Source: Candidatus Micrarchaeota archaeon
Lineage (GTDB): Archaea > Iainarchaeota > Iainarchaeia > JAADDC01
Direction of reading: 5' to 3'
NCBI GenBank assembly: GCA_027011045.1
Contig: JALVAT010000040.1
Location: 1-56,859, forward strand
DNA length: 56,859 nucleotides
Positions 43,510 through 53,120 of the stretch are shown in pieces (the stretch's first letter is position 1; every line of letters begins with the position of its first letter). Both the position numbers and the translations under genes were made by a program. The notes under the pieces were generated by a model. That model ran no database searches, had not been told where the DNA came from, and was given only the letters and a program-made list of their open reading frames with translations.

Positions 43510-44109
43510 AATGATTTCGTCTAGCTTTTCGGGATCTGGGTTCAGCACGTAGCCCTGCGTCTTGGCGTACGCCCGTGCGAAGCGTAGGATCGCCTCGTAA
43601 ACGGGATCCTTCTGCACGAAGAGCTCCATGTACTTTCGCATGATGCAGGAGTCCTCGATTACCGTGACGCCTAGCGGTTCGAGCTTTTCGCGCGCGTAGT
43701 CGCTTTTGATGCCGTCCTGCATCCAGAATACCTTCGGAATCCTTCCGGATGATATGATTTCGTCTACAATTTTGGGGATCTCCTTTGAGGGGCGGAAAAC
43801 GTCGACGATCTCCAGATATTCGTCCGGAACCTCAGCGATGCTCTTGTACGTGGGTGCGCCGAGTATTTTGTCCTCCGCGAAGGGGTTGACGCAGGCGATA
43901 TCGTAGCCGTGTTCCTTCATGAATTTGGGGACTGTGTGGGCGTCCTTGTTTTCGTTTCGGGAGCAGCCGATGAACACAATTTTGTGGTACTTAAGAAGGG
44001 CTTCCTTCTTTGGATCCCTTCCCGTGGGGACGTCGAAGGATAGTCCGATGTCCATGATCCCTAAACGAAGCCATCCTTTAAATCTCTTCAGCAATCCCGC
44101 TTTCATCAT
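43315..44109 (-). CDS. Fusion of a CoA-binding domain with a ferredoxin:thioredoxin-reductase catalytic-subunit-like (FTRc) domain
   Basis: The N-terminal half reads KIVFIGCSRNENKDAHTVPKFMKEHGYDIACVNP (CoA_binding_2/YccU-like). The C-terminal half has the FTRc Cys pattern YCPCRP...ICPCFWH...HCHCGLFW. Confidence 0.8.
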   Translation of the reverse strand: MMKAGLLKRFKGWLRLGIMDIGLSFDVPTGRDPKKEALLKYHKIVFIGCSRNENKDAHTVPKFMKEHGYDIACVNPFAEDKILGAPTYKSIAEVPDEYLEIVDVFRPSKEIPKIVDEIISSGRIPKVFWMQDGIKSDYAREKLEPLGVTVIEDSCIMRKYMELFVQKDPVYEAILRFARAYAKTQGYVLNPDPEKLDEIISGLAYNQKKYGFRYCPCRPVTGNLEEDRKKICPCFWHREEIKTMGHCHCGLFWDPEVAKRMFER

Positions 44110-44138
44110 CCCTGGGGTCAGCAGCGGCTACGGCGTCA

Positions 44139-44627
44139 TCACAGGAGGATCAAGAGTATAAGACCTACAATAAAAATTATGACGGACTTCTTGGCCTTTT
44201 CACGGATGTACTCTGAGTTGTACGCGATGATATCGTCGAGCACATCCCTTCTGAATATTTTGAGTCTTGCGGCGGGCTCCATTAACTTTGCGATGATCCC
44301 TGACAAGAGAACCGTGAATATAAACGTCGTGATAAGGGATTCCATGGCGTGATCGGATAGCCAGGAGCCCGTTGCGGGTAGCCATCCTGTGAGTGTTTTT
44401 CCCGTGAGTAGCAGGAGCGCTACATCGAGGGGAATCTGCACGAGGAACGTTATTGCGAGGCTGCCCATCACGTAGAAGGTGAATATTGTTATCCACGTTC
44501 TCGGATCCCAAAGCCGCCTTATGTTCCTCCAGAGCAGCTCTACCGTGAAGATCGCGAGCATAACGATGTTCCATGCTATGCTTGCCGGCAGTCCTACCGT
44601 GTAGGAAACCAACGCACCAAGCGCCAC
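44139..44627 (-). CDS. Membrane protein, function unknown
   Basis: 162 aa with about 5 TM helices and no competing ORF of better quality. Confidence 0.55.
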   Translation of the reverse strand: MALGALVSYTVGLPASIAWNIVMLAIFTVELLWRNIRRLWDPRTWITIFTFYVMGSLAITFLVQIPLDVALLLLTGKTLTGWLPATGSWLSDHAMESLITTFIFTVLLSGIIAKLMEPAARLKIFRRDVLDDIIAYNSEYIREKAKKSVIIFIVGLILLILL

Positions 44628-44657
44628 GTATATAAATGGAGACGTCGATATATAAAC

Positions 44658-45053
44658 GTGCCCAGCTACGAAGAGGTTAAGGCAATGGCGATGCTCCGTG
44701 CAGGCCGCAAGCTAATGCCCCTGCGGCTATCCGTGCAGAAACTGTTTGACCTCCTTGATCGTAGGGGTGTTCAGGGTTTTGGCGGATTCCAGGGCGAGCA
44801 GCTGGCCACGAATATTCTGCCAAACCTGGAATCCGAGTTCCGATCACGCTATTCGATTCCCGAAACGGAAATCCTCTACATTTACCTTGGCGATAAGAGC
44901 CCAGATGAGTTCCACTATCTTTTGGCGGACGAGTTCATGCAGAAGTATGGTGGGGAACCCATTGCGGATTCGATTCTTCCGGTCCTTGTGGAGATCTACG
45001 CTCCCCACGTTTTCCGACCGCATCTCGAGGTCAGTCATTTGTATGCTCGGTGA
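44658..45053 (+). CDS. Hypothetical protein
   Basis: 131 aa, or about 122 aa if it starts at the ATG at 44685. Two TATATAAA boxes lie immediately upstream, consistent with a leaderless transcript. Confidence 0.5.
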   Translation: MPSYEEVKAMAMLRAGRKLMPLRLSVQKLFDLLDRRGVQGFGGFQGEQLATNILPNLESEFRSRYSIPETEILYIYLGDKSPDEFHYLLADEFMQKYGGEPIADSILPVLVEIYAPHVFRPHLEVSHLYAR

Positions 45054-45097
45054 TTTAAGCATCGTTTTTTATTGGCATATTCACCGAGTATTTCTTC

Positions 45098-46420
45098 GTG
45101 GACTACGACGTCATCCTTGTCCGCCACTCCGAGATCGCTCTGAAGAGCAGGCCCGTGCGTATTCGCTTTGAAGGGCTTCTGATGAAGAATCTCGAGCGGC
45201 AGGCGGGCGGTAAGGCAAAGAAGGAAGCTGCTAGAATCATTCTCTACGGCGGAGATGTTGATGCGGTGGGCAGAGTCTTTGGGGTGAAGTCCTACTCCCC
45301 TGCGCTCCGCGTCCCCGCCACGCTCGAGGATATGCGGAGGGCTGCCCTGTCCCTTTACCACGGGGAAAAGACCTTTGCTGTTCGCACGCAACGCGTTACC
45401 AAGGACGTGCCCTGGACCTCTCCGGAGATTAACCGTCTCGTTGGGGGCTACGTGAAGGACGAAACGGGCGCAACGGTGGATCTGAAGAACCCCGAGCTAG
45501 CCATTGGGATCGAGATCATAAACGGTTGGGCATACGTATTCCGGGACGTTCTTCCTGGGCCGGGCGGTCTGCCCGTGGGTGCAGCGGGCCGCGTTCTCCA
45601 TCTGTTCTCTGGCGGTATCGATTCACCCGTTGCGGCGTGGCGCATGGGGAAGCGCGGCGTTCAACCGGTGCTCCTCTTCGTGAACGTTGCCGGTCCAGCC
45701 CAGGAAGCCCTTGTATATAATGTGTACGAAGTCCTGCGGCGGTGGTTCCCCGCTCTGCCCTTTTACGTGATTGATGCACCGGAAATCATGGATACTATTA
45801 TTTCCAAGGTCCCCGAGGGCTACCGCCAGATTGTTTACAAGGCATTCCTGTACCGTTTGGCGTCAGCCGTGGCAGAGGACTTAGGAATACCTGCGATCTC
45901 CACGGGCGAGGCGCTCTCGCAGGTTTCCTCCCAGACATTGGAATCCCTTGCCGTTCTACACAACTTTGCTGATCGCCCCGTTTTTCGCCCGCTGATTTCC
46001 TTTGACAAGGATGAGATCGTGGCGATTGCCCGCAGGATCGGTACGCTTTCGGCATCCGAGTCCGTCCCTGAGGTCTGCGTCCTTGCAAAGCACTCCATAA
46101 CGCGGCCATCCCTGAAGAAGGTGCAGCAGTACGTGGACAGCCTCGGCGTTGATTATGAGGGACTTGTGTCTAGGTTGCGGGACGCACAGCCCCAGAATGA
46201 CTATCCTGACGTATGGTTCCACGGCCAGAGCCTGAAGGGCTTTGAAATCGTTGATCTGAGAGAGAACCCAGGCTTTATACCGGAGGCGGGCAAGAAGTAT
46301 ATCCTCGTGTGTCCCCAGGGCACAACTGCCGCGCGAATGGCCCTAAAGTTCAGAGAGCAGGGTTACGATGTGTATGCCCTTGACGAGAGAACGCTTAGGC
46401 GGCTAAGGGGATCGAAATGA
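45098..46420 (+). CDS. thiI: tRNA 4-thiouridine/thiamine sulfurtransferase ThiI with a C-terminal rhodanese-like domain
   Basis: Has a THUMP region, the PP-loop LFSGGIDSPVAAW, and a C-terminal rhodanese-like segment with YILVCPQGTTAARM. Confidence 0.9.
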   Translation: MDYDVILVRHSEIALKSRPVRIRFEGLLMKNLERQAGGKAKKEAARIILYGGDVDAVGRVFGVKSYSPALRVPATLEDMRRAALSLYHGEKTFAVRTQRVTKDVPWTSPEINRLVGGYVKDETGATVDLKNPELAIGIEIINGWAYVFRDVLPGPGGLPVGAAGRVLHLFSGGIDSPVAAWRMGKRGVQPVLLFVNVAGPAQEALVYNVYEVLRRWFPALPFYVIDAPEIMDTIISKVPEGYRQIVYKAFLYRLASAVAEDLGIPAISTGEALSQVSSQTLESLAVLHNFADRPVFRPLISFDKDEIVAIARRIGTLSASESVPEVCVLAKHSITRPSLKKVQQYVDSLGVDYEGLVSRLRDAQPQNDYPDVWFHGQSLKGFEIVDLRENPGFIPEAGKKYILVCPQGTTAARMALKFREQGYDVYALDERTLRRLRGSK

Positions 46421-46695
46421 AGACCTATGTTGCCGCAGGGATTCTAATCGCCGCTGTGCTTATTACTGCCTGGCAAACATACTACGTGGCAACCCTCATA
46501 GTGTCAGGAAACGTCTGCGGCTGTGCGATCCCCGTGCCGCTATACATCCCCCTCTTTTTCGCGCTTGGCGTCGCTGCGGGCATCGCTCTGCTGAAAATTG
46601 TATATCCTTCGGGCCCCTCGGGGAAATTTCCGTTGGCTCGACGCGGGTTCCCCCTGGTGATTTCAGAGGTTGAAACCATCACTGGACCCTTTTAA
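46417..46695 (+). CDS. Small membrane protein
   Basis: 92 aa with 2-3 TM helices. Its ATG overlaps the thiI stop in an ATGA arrangement. Confidence 0.5.
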   Translation: MKTYVAAGILIAAVLITAWQTYYVATLIVSGNVCGCAIPVPLYIPLFFALGVAAGIALLKIVYPSGPSGKFPLARRGFPLVISEVETITGPF

Positions 46696-47221
46696 TGCCC
46701 AGCTGTTCCATCACCCAGTCAACAGCGTGCTCGTTTCCAATGATTGTTCCGTCGGGGCGAATGCAGAAGAAGTAGTTTCTTTCCGACGGGTACATTTTGC
46801 CGTGGATCCCTCTACACCAGCTCATCTCCCACGCCCTTCCGTTTATGTATCCGTTCTTGTCCTGGTACTTAGAGGGGAAGCCACTGATGATGTACACGTT
46901 ATTGTCCGTCACAACTACCATTATTGGAACGCCGCCCTGCCAGACGACGTTCGCTTCTTCTAGATACGGGCGAACGATTTGTGGATCTGTTGATTTCGTG
47001 ATCGGAGCATCGGGATAGTGCTTTTCGAGGTATGCAAGGAGATTCTCGCAGTGCGGGCAGGTGGGAGAGTATACGATGATAATCTTTCCAGCGCCTTTCT
47101 CGTTGCCTACGGGTGATTTTGCGGGATAAACCGTCATTGGATTTGGAGCTGCAAGCCAGGATACGCTGAGGATCAAGAGTAAGAGTATGATCACCGCAGC
47201 GCGCATATTTTCCGTGCCCAT
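46679..47221 (-). CDS. Secreted or membrane-anchored thioredoxin-fold protein (CPHC) with an extra C-terminal domain
   Basis: Has a signal/anchor sequence (AAVIILLLLILSVSWLAA) and IIIVYSPTCPHCENLLAYL. The CPHC active site matches that of 1497-1964. Confidence 0.7.
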   Translation of the reverse strand: MGTENMRAAVIILLLLILSVSWLAAPNPMTVYPAKSPVGNEKGAGKIIIVYSPTCPHCENLLAYLEKHYPDAPITKSTDPQIVRPYLEEANVVWQGGVPIMVVVTDNNVYIISGFPSKYQDKNGYINGRAWEMSWCRGIHGKMYPSERNYFFCIRPDGTIIGNEHAVDWVMEQLGIKRVQ

Positions 47222-47294
47222 ATTATCCTGATTTGTTCGGAGATCTTTTTATCCTTCGTGGTGCGTTTTAAACCCCTTCCTCGATTCTACATCC

Positions 47295-47999
47295 ATGGCA
47301 AGCGCTCCCCGCGTTGTGCTACTCCTCGATTTTGATGGTGTGATCGTGGACTCTCCAGCTCACTTCAGGGAAGCTACGTGTGATGCGCTTGGCGCACTTT
47401 CTCGGATTCCTGGCGTGTGCGTGCTCGTTGATCGCTTTTACGACTGGCTTGCGGGCAGGAAGAAGGGCACAAAGGGCGAACCCGGCGTTCTCGGGCGTTT
47501 GATCGGCTATGTTCTGTATCCCCTTTCCGTGCGGTGGAATCTTGCCCTTGCCAAGCACTCGAAGGTGCTTCCGGGCGTTCGGGACGCCTTGGAGGAACTG
47601 CGGGCAAAGGGCGTTAGGGTGATACTCTTTTCCTCCGAGGATTGGGTTGCCAATTACAAGGAACGTCGCGTGGAGCTTGCGGGTGTTCGGGATCTCCTTG
47701 ATGAGATTATGAGTTTTGTGGATTCTGCCTCGCGCCGTCAGCTTCTCCAGCAACTTCTGGAGAAGTATCCTGACGCGGTCTTCATTTGGGTGGATGACAG
47801 ACCGCATCGCTTTGTGGGGAACCTCAATGACCGTATAGTTCCCGTTTGGTTCCAGTTTCCCGCGACGGCGGCGTGGGAAAAGCACGTGGCCGAAAAGATC
47901 CTTCATCTTCGCAGGGTGAAAGACTGGAATGAACTCAGAGGTCTTGTTCTTTCAATCCTTGAGAAGACATCGCAGGACGGCAAAAAGATAGGAAATTGA
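47295..47999 (+). CDS. HAD-superfamily hydrolase
   Basis: Motif I is VVLLLDFDGVIVDS. The later segments ILFSSEDW and VWVDDRPHRF are compatible with HAD motifs II-IV. Confidence 0.7.
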   Translation: MASAPRVVLLLDFDGVIVDSPAHFREATCDALGALSRIPGVCVLVDRFYDWLAGRKKGTKGEPGVLGRLIGYVLYPLSVRWNLALAKHSKVLPGVRDALEELRAKGVRVILFSSEDWVANYKERRVELAGVRDLLDEIMSFVDSASRRQLLQQLLEKYPDAVFIWVDDRPHRFVGNLNDRIVPVWFQFPATAAWEKHVAEKILHLRRVKDWNELRGLVLSILEKTSQDGKKIGN

Positions 48000-48194
48000 G
48001 GGATTAGCGGTTTCTTTCAGCCCCAAGCGCAATGTGCATGCATGTGCTTTGAATTTGCAAGAATATTGTTTGGATTTCTAAACTAAGTATGTGCTTGGAT
48101 ATGGGAGTGAACTCTCGATGCTTTCGGAGCTACAAGCCATCCTCTTTTTTGTTGTGCCGATCGTAATAAATGGACCTCTTGGGTATTTTATTCC

Positions 48195-49376
48195 ATGCGC
48201 AGGAAGGGAATTATTGTTTCCTCCGTTCGCCAGCGGGAAGGGACGGAGTACGTAGTCTTCGACGGTAAGAAATACCATCGAATTGCATCGCAAGAAAGAA
48301 TCAGGGGAAAGGCGGTTGAGTTTGACGAGAATGGGATCTATCCTGCTGGGAGGGACGCATGGAAAGCTGTGCACGATCATTTCGTCAAGGATTTGAGACC
48401 AGAGATCGAACTGCCAGAGGAGATTTCATTTCTCCGAGGGAGTATGGAGCTGCTCTGGAAGGAACTGGCCTTTCTGAAGATTGCCAACGAGCGGCCGTTA
48501 GTTTTCCACGATGGGGACGCGGATGGCATTATTTCGGCTCTGCTAATCGAGGAGGCGGTTGGACGGTTTAAGGGGTGGCACGAAGTCCGAGGGATTTCCC
48601 ATTGGGCGCTTCAGGATGGAAACGTTACGTATCCCGTCGAGCAACCGCTGGCACTATTCCTGGACCTGGGGAGCGACTGGAACGACCGGCCGGGCGTTTG
48701 CCTGACCGCACACTTCGTCCCTACCTTTGTGATTGATCATCACTTTGCCGAGAGGACCCATAGCTGCGCCACCATTATTAACCCAGCCATCCACGATCCA
48801 GAGTTATCGAAGTACAACACGGCAACGCTCGTTTCATATCTTGTCTCCTCATGGGTGAAGAAGGAAGAATGGGTGCGCATCGCAGCGGCGGGGGATAAGA
48901 GTTCAGTGGTCGAGTGGACGCGAGAGGATCGAAGGAAAGCGCTGGCGCTGGAGATGGCGTACAGCGTCAACAGATCACTCTCGGTTGCGCGAAGGGTTCT
49001 TGAAACGGAGGATTGGAAGGCGTTCTGGGATCTCTTCGAGATGAAGATTGAAATGGTACTTGAAAACGCGGAGATGGAAGAAAAGGAAGTCGGCGAAAGG
49101 AAGGTACTCATCGTAAAACTTCCATACACGCCCACATATCCACACAAGGGCAAGATCGCCTCGTACCTGATGGACGAGAGGGGCTACGACGTAGTAATCG
49201 TTACGGATGCCGAACGGGTGCAAAGGTACACGGTAACGCTTAGGGGAAGGGTGGATCTCCTCTCCATCGTGAAGGACCTTGGCGTGGAGGATTACTGGGG
49301 TCACCCGAACGCCGTTTCGCTGAGCACCACCGACCCTGATGCTGTTGTTAAGAGGGTGCTTGAACGCCTGCATTAA
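48195..49376 (+). CDS. DHH/DHHA1-family phosphoesterase (RecJ/NrnA-like)
   Basis: Contains VFHDGDADGIISA (motif I), LFLDLGSD (motif II), FVIDHHF (DHH) and the C-terminal WGHPNAVSL (DHHA1 GGH-like). An extra domain of about 90 aa lies at the N-terminus. Confidence 0.75.
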   Translation: MRRKGIIVSSVRQREGTEYVVFDGKKYHRIASQERIRGKAVEFDENGIYPAGRDAWKAVHDHFVKDLRPEIELPEEISFLRGSMELLWKELAFLKIANERPLVFHDGDADGIISALLIEEAVGRFKGWHEVRGISHWALQDGNVTYPVEQPLALFLDLGSDWNDRPGVCLTAHFVPTFVIDHHFAERTHSCATIINPAIHDPELSKYNTATLVSYLVSSWVKKEEWVRIAAAGDKSSVVEWTREDRRKALALEMAYSVNRSLSVARRVLETEDWKAFWDLFEMKIEMVLENAEMEEKEVGERKVLIVKLPYTPTYPHKGKIASYLMDERGYDVVIVTDAERVQRYTVTLRGRVDLLSIVKDLGVEDYWGHPNAVSLSTTDPDAVVKRVLERLH

Positions 49377-49408
49377 CGCTGTTAAACCTTCCTCACATCC
49401 TTTTTATC

Positions 49409-49807
49409 ATGAGGAAACTGCGCGTGGCCTTCGGGCTGGAAGACGAGCTAACGCTTACGGGTGAACACTTCGGCGATGCACGCTTCTTCCGAGTCTATGA
49501 CATCTATGAAGATGGGAGAGTCGAGTTTGTAGAGGATCGGGAGAACAGGACGCCAGAGGAAGAGGAACACGAGGAACACCACGGCGATCCGAGGAAGTTC
49601 CAGGCAGTTATCGAGACGCTGCGCGACTGTGATATCCTTGCGGGCTTCCGCATGGGCCCGAACTTCCTGCGGATCCGCGACAACAGCGACAAGGTGCCTT
49701 ACATCACGGGAAAGCAGAAGCTCCGGGAGGCAGTGGCAAAGATCCTTCTGGACTTCGACAAGCTCTGGGAACAGGTACGAGAAAAACGGGCAGACAGCAG
49801 CAAATAA
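49409..49807 (+). CDS. NifB/NifX-like (dinitrogenase FeMo-cofactor-binding fold) protein
   Basis: 132 aa with EHFGDARFFRVYDI...DCDILAGFRMGPN and an acidic, His-rich insert (EEEEHEEHHGD). Confidence 0.6.
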   Translation: MRKLRVAFGLEDELTLTGEHFGDARFFRVYDIYEDGRVEFVEDRENRTPEEEEHEEHHGDPRKFQAVIETLRDCDILAGFRMGPNFLRIRDNSDKVPYITGKQKLREAVAKILLDFDKLWEQVREKRADSSK

Positions 49808-49849
49808 ATACAGTTTCCCTCCCCTTTTTCCGGGTGAGCAAAATGGGTG

Positions 49850-51076
49850 ATGGACTTCACTAAGCGCGTAAGGGGAACCCGCGATTTTTTGCCGCCGTTC
49901 AGCGTGAAGCGCGCTGAGTTTTTGAGGATCATCGAGGATACTTACCGCGAGTTCGGCTTTCTACCGTGGGACACGCCTGCCCTTGAAACGGCGGAGCTGT
50001 TAACCTCGAAGGGCGGGGAGGATATTCGCGAGGAGCTTTACATCTTCAAGGACAAGGCGGGAAGGGAAATAGGGCTGCGCTTTGATCTGACGTTACCCAC
50101 GGCCCGCGTTCTCGCCGAGAACAAGACGATGCCACTCCCAATAAAGCGCTACATGATCGGGAAGGTCTGGCGCTACGATAGGCCGCAGGCCGGGCGTTTC
50201 CGCGAGTTTACCCAGGCCGATGTTGATATATTCGGGTCGGAGAAGCCCATTGCGGATGCAGAGGTCGTGGCAGCGCCGTGGACAGCACTGAAACGCGTGG
50301 GCATCCAGGGGACCGTGCAGGTTAACGATCGCAGGCTCCTTGACGCAATCGCGGATTACATCGAACTTCCCGAGTCGAGGAGAGATGAGTTCTACCGCGC
50401 TATTGATAAGTGGTATAAGATCGGGGAAGAAGGCGTGCGGAAGGAACTCGGCGAGCTTGAAAAATACCTGGATCCTTTCCTCGAGTTCGACACGGACCTC
50501 GTGGAGCTACCAGAACCTACTGAGAAAATATCCGCTGCCAAGAGCGCGCTCTTGAAACTCGGAGAGTACCTGGACGATTTTGGCGTTCGCTGGACATTTA
50601 ACGTCTTCATTGTGCGCGGCTTGGACTACTACACGGGACCTATCTTCGAGACCTTTGTGGATCGCCCCACGAGCATCCTGAGCGGCGGGCGCTATGATCG
50701 GCTCATTGGCATGCTAGGGGGAAGGGAGATACCCGCCACAGGTATGAGCATCGGCGTGGATCGGGCTCTGGATCTTTACGGAGATTCCATGGATCTTCGA
50801 GCGAGGGAGGCGGACGTCTACGTTGCAGTGATCCCGGGGTACGAGGATGTCGCCATCCAGATTTCGAACAAGCTCAGAGCTGCTGGAAAGAGCGTGTTCA
50901 TGGACGTTACGGGCAGAAAGCTTGGAAAACAGCTGGCGGATGCAGAGCGGAGAGGAGTTAAGACCGTGGTGATTGTTGGCAGGGAGACGGAGAACGGGCA
51001 AGTTGTTGTCAAGGATTTGGACAGCGGTACGCAGAGCGCGGTGCCCTTGGACGAGCTCCTTCAGAAGCTTTCATAA
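49850..51076 (+). CDS. hisS: Histidyl-tRNA synthetase
   Basis: Contains VRGTRDFLP, WRYDRPQAGRFREFTQADVDIFG and SGGRYDRL, plus a C-terminal anticodon-binding domain. Confidence 0.95.
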   Translation: MDFTKRVRGTRDFLPPFSVKRAEFLRIIEDTYREFGFLPWDTPALETAELLTSKGGEDIREELYIFKDKAGREIGLRFDLTLPTARVLAENKTMPLPIKRYMIGKVWRYDRPQAGRFREFTQADVDIFGSEKPIADAEVVAAPWTALKRVGIQGTVQVNDRRLLDAIADYIELPESRRDEFYRAIDKWYKIGEEGVRKELGELEKYLDPFLEFDTDLVELPEPTEKISAAKSALLKLGEYLDDFGVRWTFNVFIVRGLDYYTGPIFETFVDRPTSILSGGRYDRLIGMLGGREIPATGMSIGVDRALDLYGDSMDLRAREADVYVAVIPGYEDVAIQISNKLRAAGKSVFMDVTGRKLGKQLADAERRGVKTVVIVGRETENGQVVVKDLDSGTQSAVPLDELLQKLS

Positions 51077-51109
51077 TATTTTCTCACCCCTTCCCTTTTC
51101 GGTGGTTTC

Positions 51110-52462
51110 TTGAGTACGGAGGCCATCCGGAGGCGGGTGCTTGAGGGGAACGTTAGGAAGAGCCTTCTAGTCCTGGCAACGCCAATCCTGATCAATCAGA
51201 TCGTTCAGGTGTTGTATAACCTTGTAGACACGTTTTGGTTGGGGAGACTGGGGAGGGCAGCGGTATCTGCCCCTGCCGTTGCTTGGCCCGTGATGATGAC
51301 AGCCATGTTATTTGCATCTGGGTTCACCGCCGCGGGAACGGCTCTCATCTCTCAGCTCGTGGGCGCTCGCAGGTACGAAGAGGTGGATACTGTCCTGGGC
51401 CAGCTTATTCTCGTAGAGGTGTTGGTGGGCACAGTTCTCGGCATTGCGGGATATTTCCTTGCAGTTCCGTTGTTTAGGCTTCTCCACGTACCATATGATG
51501 TACTGCCCCTGTCGTCGAGCTATCTTCAGGTCCTTTCCCTTGTTTTTCCCTTTGTATCTGCTGGTTTGGCAATGTCTGCGGCCTTTAGGGCTCTAGGGGA
51601 TACAAAAACACCCACTATTGTAGGCGTTACCACGCTTATCCTAAATGCGGTTTTGGACCCGTTGCTCATTTTTGGTTGGGCAGGACTGCCCAAGCTGGGC
51701 GTGGTCGGCGCAGCTCTTTCAACGTCTGTTTCCAGCATTTTGTATGCCATGACGTTAATGTCGCTATTTTTGAGGGGGTATCGCGGGATACGCTTAAGCA
51801 CGTTGAGTTTTGCTCCAAGGCGGGCGATCCTCTACCGTGTTCTTCGGATAGGCACTCCCTCTGCCCTCAGCAACGCGTTAACAGGGCTCTCCTTTGCCGT
51901 GGTTATGGCCATAGTGGCGTCCTTCGGGACCGTTGCCACGGCTGCATACGGTGTCGGGATGCGCATATCCAATGTAATTTCAGGCCTTGTTTTTGGTATA
52001 TCCCAGGCCGCTGGCGTGATTGTGGGCCAATCTGTCGGAGCGCGTCTCGTGAACCGTGCCAGGAGAGCGTTGCTTGAAACTATTCGGGCAAATATCCTCA
52101 TAACAGCGGTCTTATCTGTGCTCATTTTCCTTTTCGCACCTCATATTGTAGCTATGTTCATATCCGATCCCGTAGTGATAGCTGTGGGTGCACTGTTTCT
52201 CCGCATCTTTCTACCCACTCTACCCCTTGTTTCCATCACTGTTCCCGTCATCCTCGCACTTCGTGCTGCGGGTAAAACTCATCTCTCTGCTCTCTTAGGT
52301 ATAGTACAGCTCTGGGTTATCAGAATACCCCTTGCGTATCTTTTTGGAGCAGCCTTGGGGATTGTGGGTGTGTGGTGGGGCCTTTCGCTTACCAACGTAA
52401 TAAGTGCTGCGATTGCGGCGTACTTTCTCCTTAATACGAAGTGGCTCAGACCCATCGTGTAG
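51110..52462 (+). CDS. MATE-family efflux transporter
   Basis: 450 aa with 12 TM helices and the N-terminus LATPILINQIVQVLYNLVDTFWLGRLG, typical of MatE. Confidence 0.9.
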   Translation: MSTEAIRRRVLEGNVRKSLLVLATPILINQIVQVLYNLVDTFWLGRLGRAAVSAPAVAWPVMMTAMLFASGFTAAGTALISQLVGARRYEEVDTVLGQLILVEVLVGTVLGIAGYFLAVPLFRLLHVPYDVLPLSSSYLQVLSLVFPFVSAGLAMSAAFRALGDTKTPTIVGVTTLILNAVLDPLLIFGWAGLPKLGVVGAALSTSVSSILYAMTLMSLFLRGYRGIRLSTLSFAPRRAILYRVLRIGTPSALSNALTGLSFAVVMAIVASFGTVATAAYGVGMRISNVISGLVFGISQAAGVIVGQSVGARLVNRARRALLETIRANILITAVLSVLIFLFAPHIVAMFISDPVVIAVGALFLRIFLPTLPLVSITVPVILALRAAGKTHLSALLGIVQLWVIRIPLAYLFGAALGIVGVWWGLSLTNVISAAIAAYFLLNTKWLRPIV

Positions 52463-52563
52463 CGTCCAAGAATTCGGGATGAATTCAACCCTTGGCACCC
52501 TTGACAGAATCTGCCACACCCTTTTAAATTTTGAAAATCCAATGTTATTTGGGGTGATAAAGC

Positions 52564-53094
52564 ATGTTCGGAGATGTGAAGGAGCACTGGGGTTGGATGC
52601 TTGCTGTGGGCGTGTTCTTTGTCGCCCTTGGCATCGCTGGGCTTATGTTCCTGCCCCTCGTGACCGTGGCCACTGTGCTGTTCTTCGGTGCGCTGGCAAT
52701 TGCTGCCGGTGTTGTACAGCTCTACAACGGAGTGGTGCACACCCACGGGTGGGTTTCCAGAACCGTTAACATTGTGATGGCACTTCTGTACATCCTGTTC
52801 GGCGTTCTGGCATTTTGGAACCCCGTGATGACAGCTGCAGCGATAACCCTTGCCATGGCTGCGGCGTTCATAGCGATAGGACTCCTCAGGATTGTCATTG
52901 CCTGGCAGCACAGGTCTGAACTATCGTACTGGGGATGGATTGCGGCGTCGGGTGTGATTACGGTTCTGCTCGGCATCCTCATAGCGGTGTCCTGGCCCGG
53001 CGCTGCCCTGTGGCTGCTTGGGCTTTTCGTATCCCTGGATCTTCTGTTCAGTGGCGCTACCTTTATCGGGCTTGCCCTCGCAGCAAGGGCGTGA
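52564..53094 (+). CDS. HdeD/DUF308-family membrane protein
   Basis: 176 aa with repeated DUF308 helices (WGWMLAVGVFFVALGIAGLMF..., GALAIAAGVVQLY...). Confidence 0.75.
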   Translation: MFGDVKEHWGWMLAVGVFFVALGIAGLMFLPLVTVATVLFFGALAIAAGVVQLYNGVVHTHGWVSRTVNIVMALLYILFGVLAFWNPVMTAAAITLAMAAAFIAIGLLRIVIAWQHRSELSYWGWIAASGVITVLLGILIAVSWPGAALWLLGLFVSLDLLFSGATFIGLALAARA

Positions 53095-53120
53095 TTTTTT
53101 CTACTAATTTCTTCTTTCTA

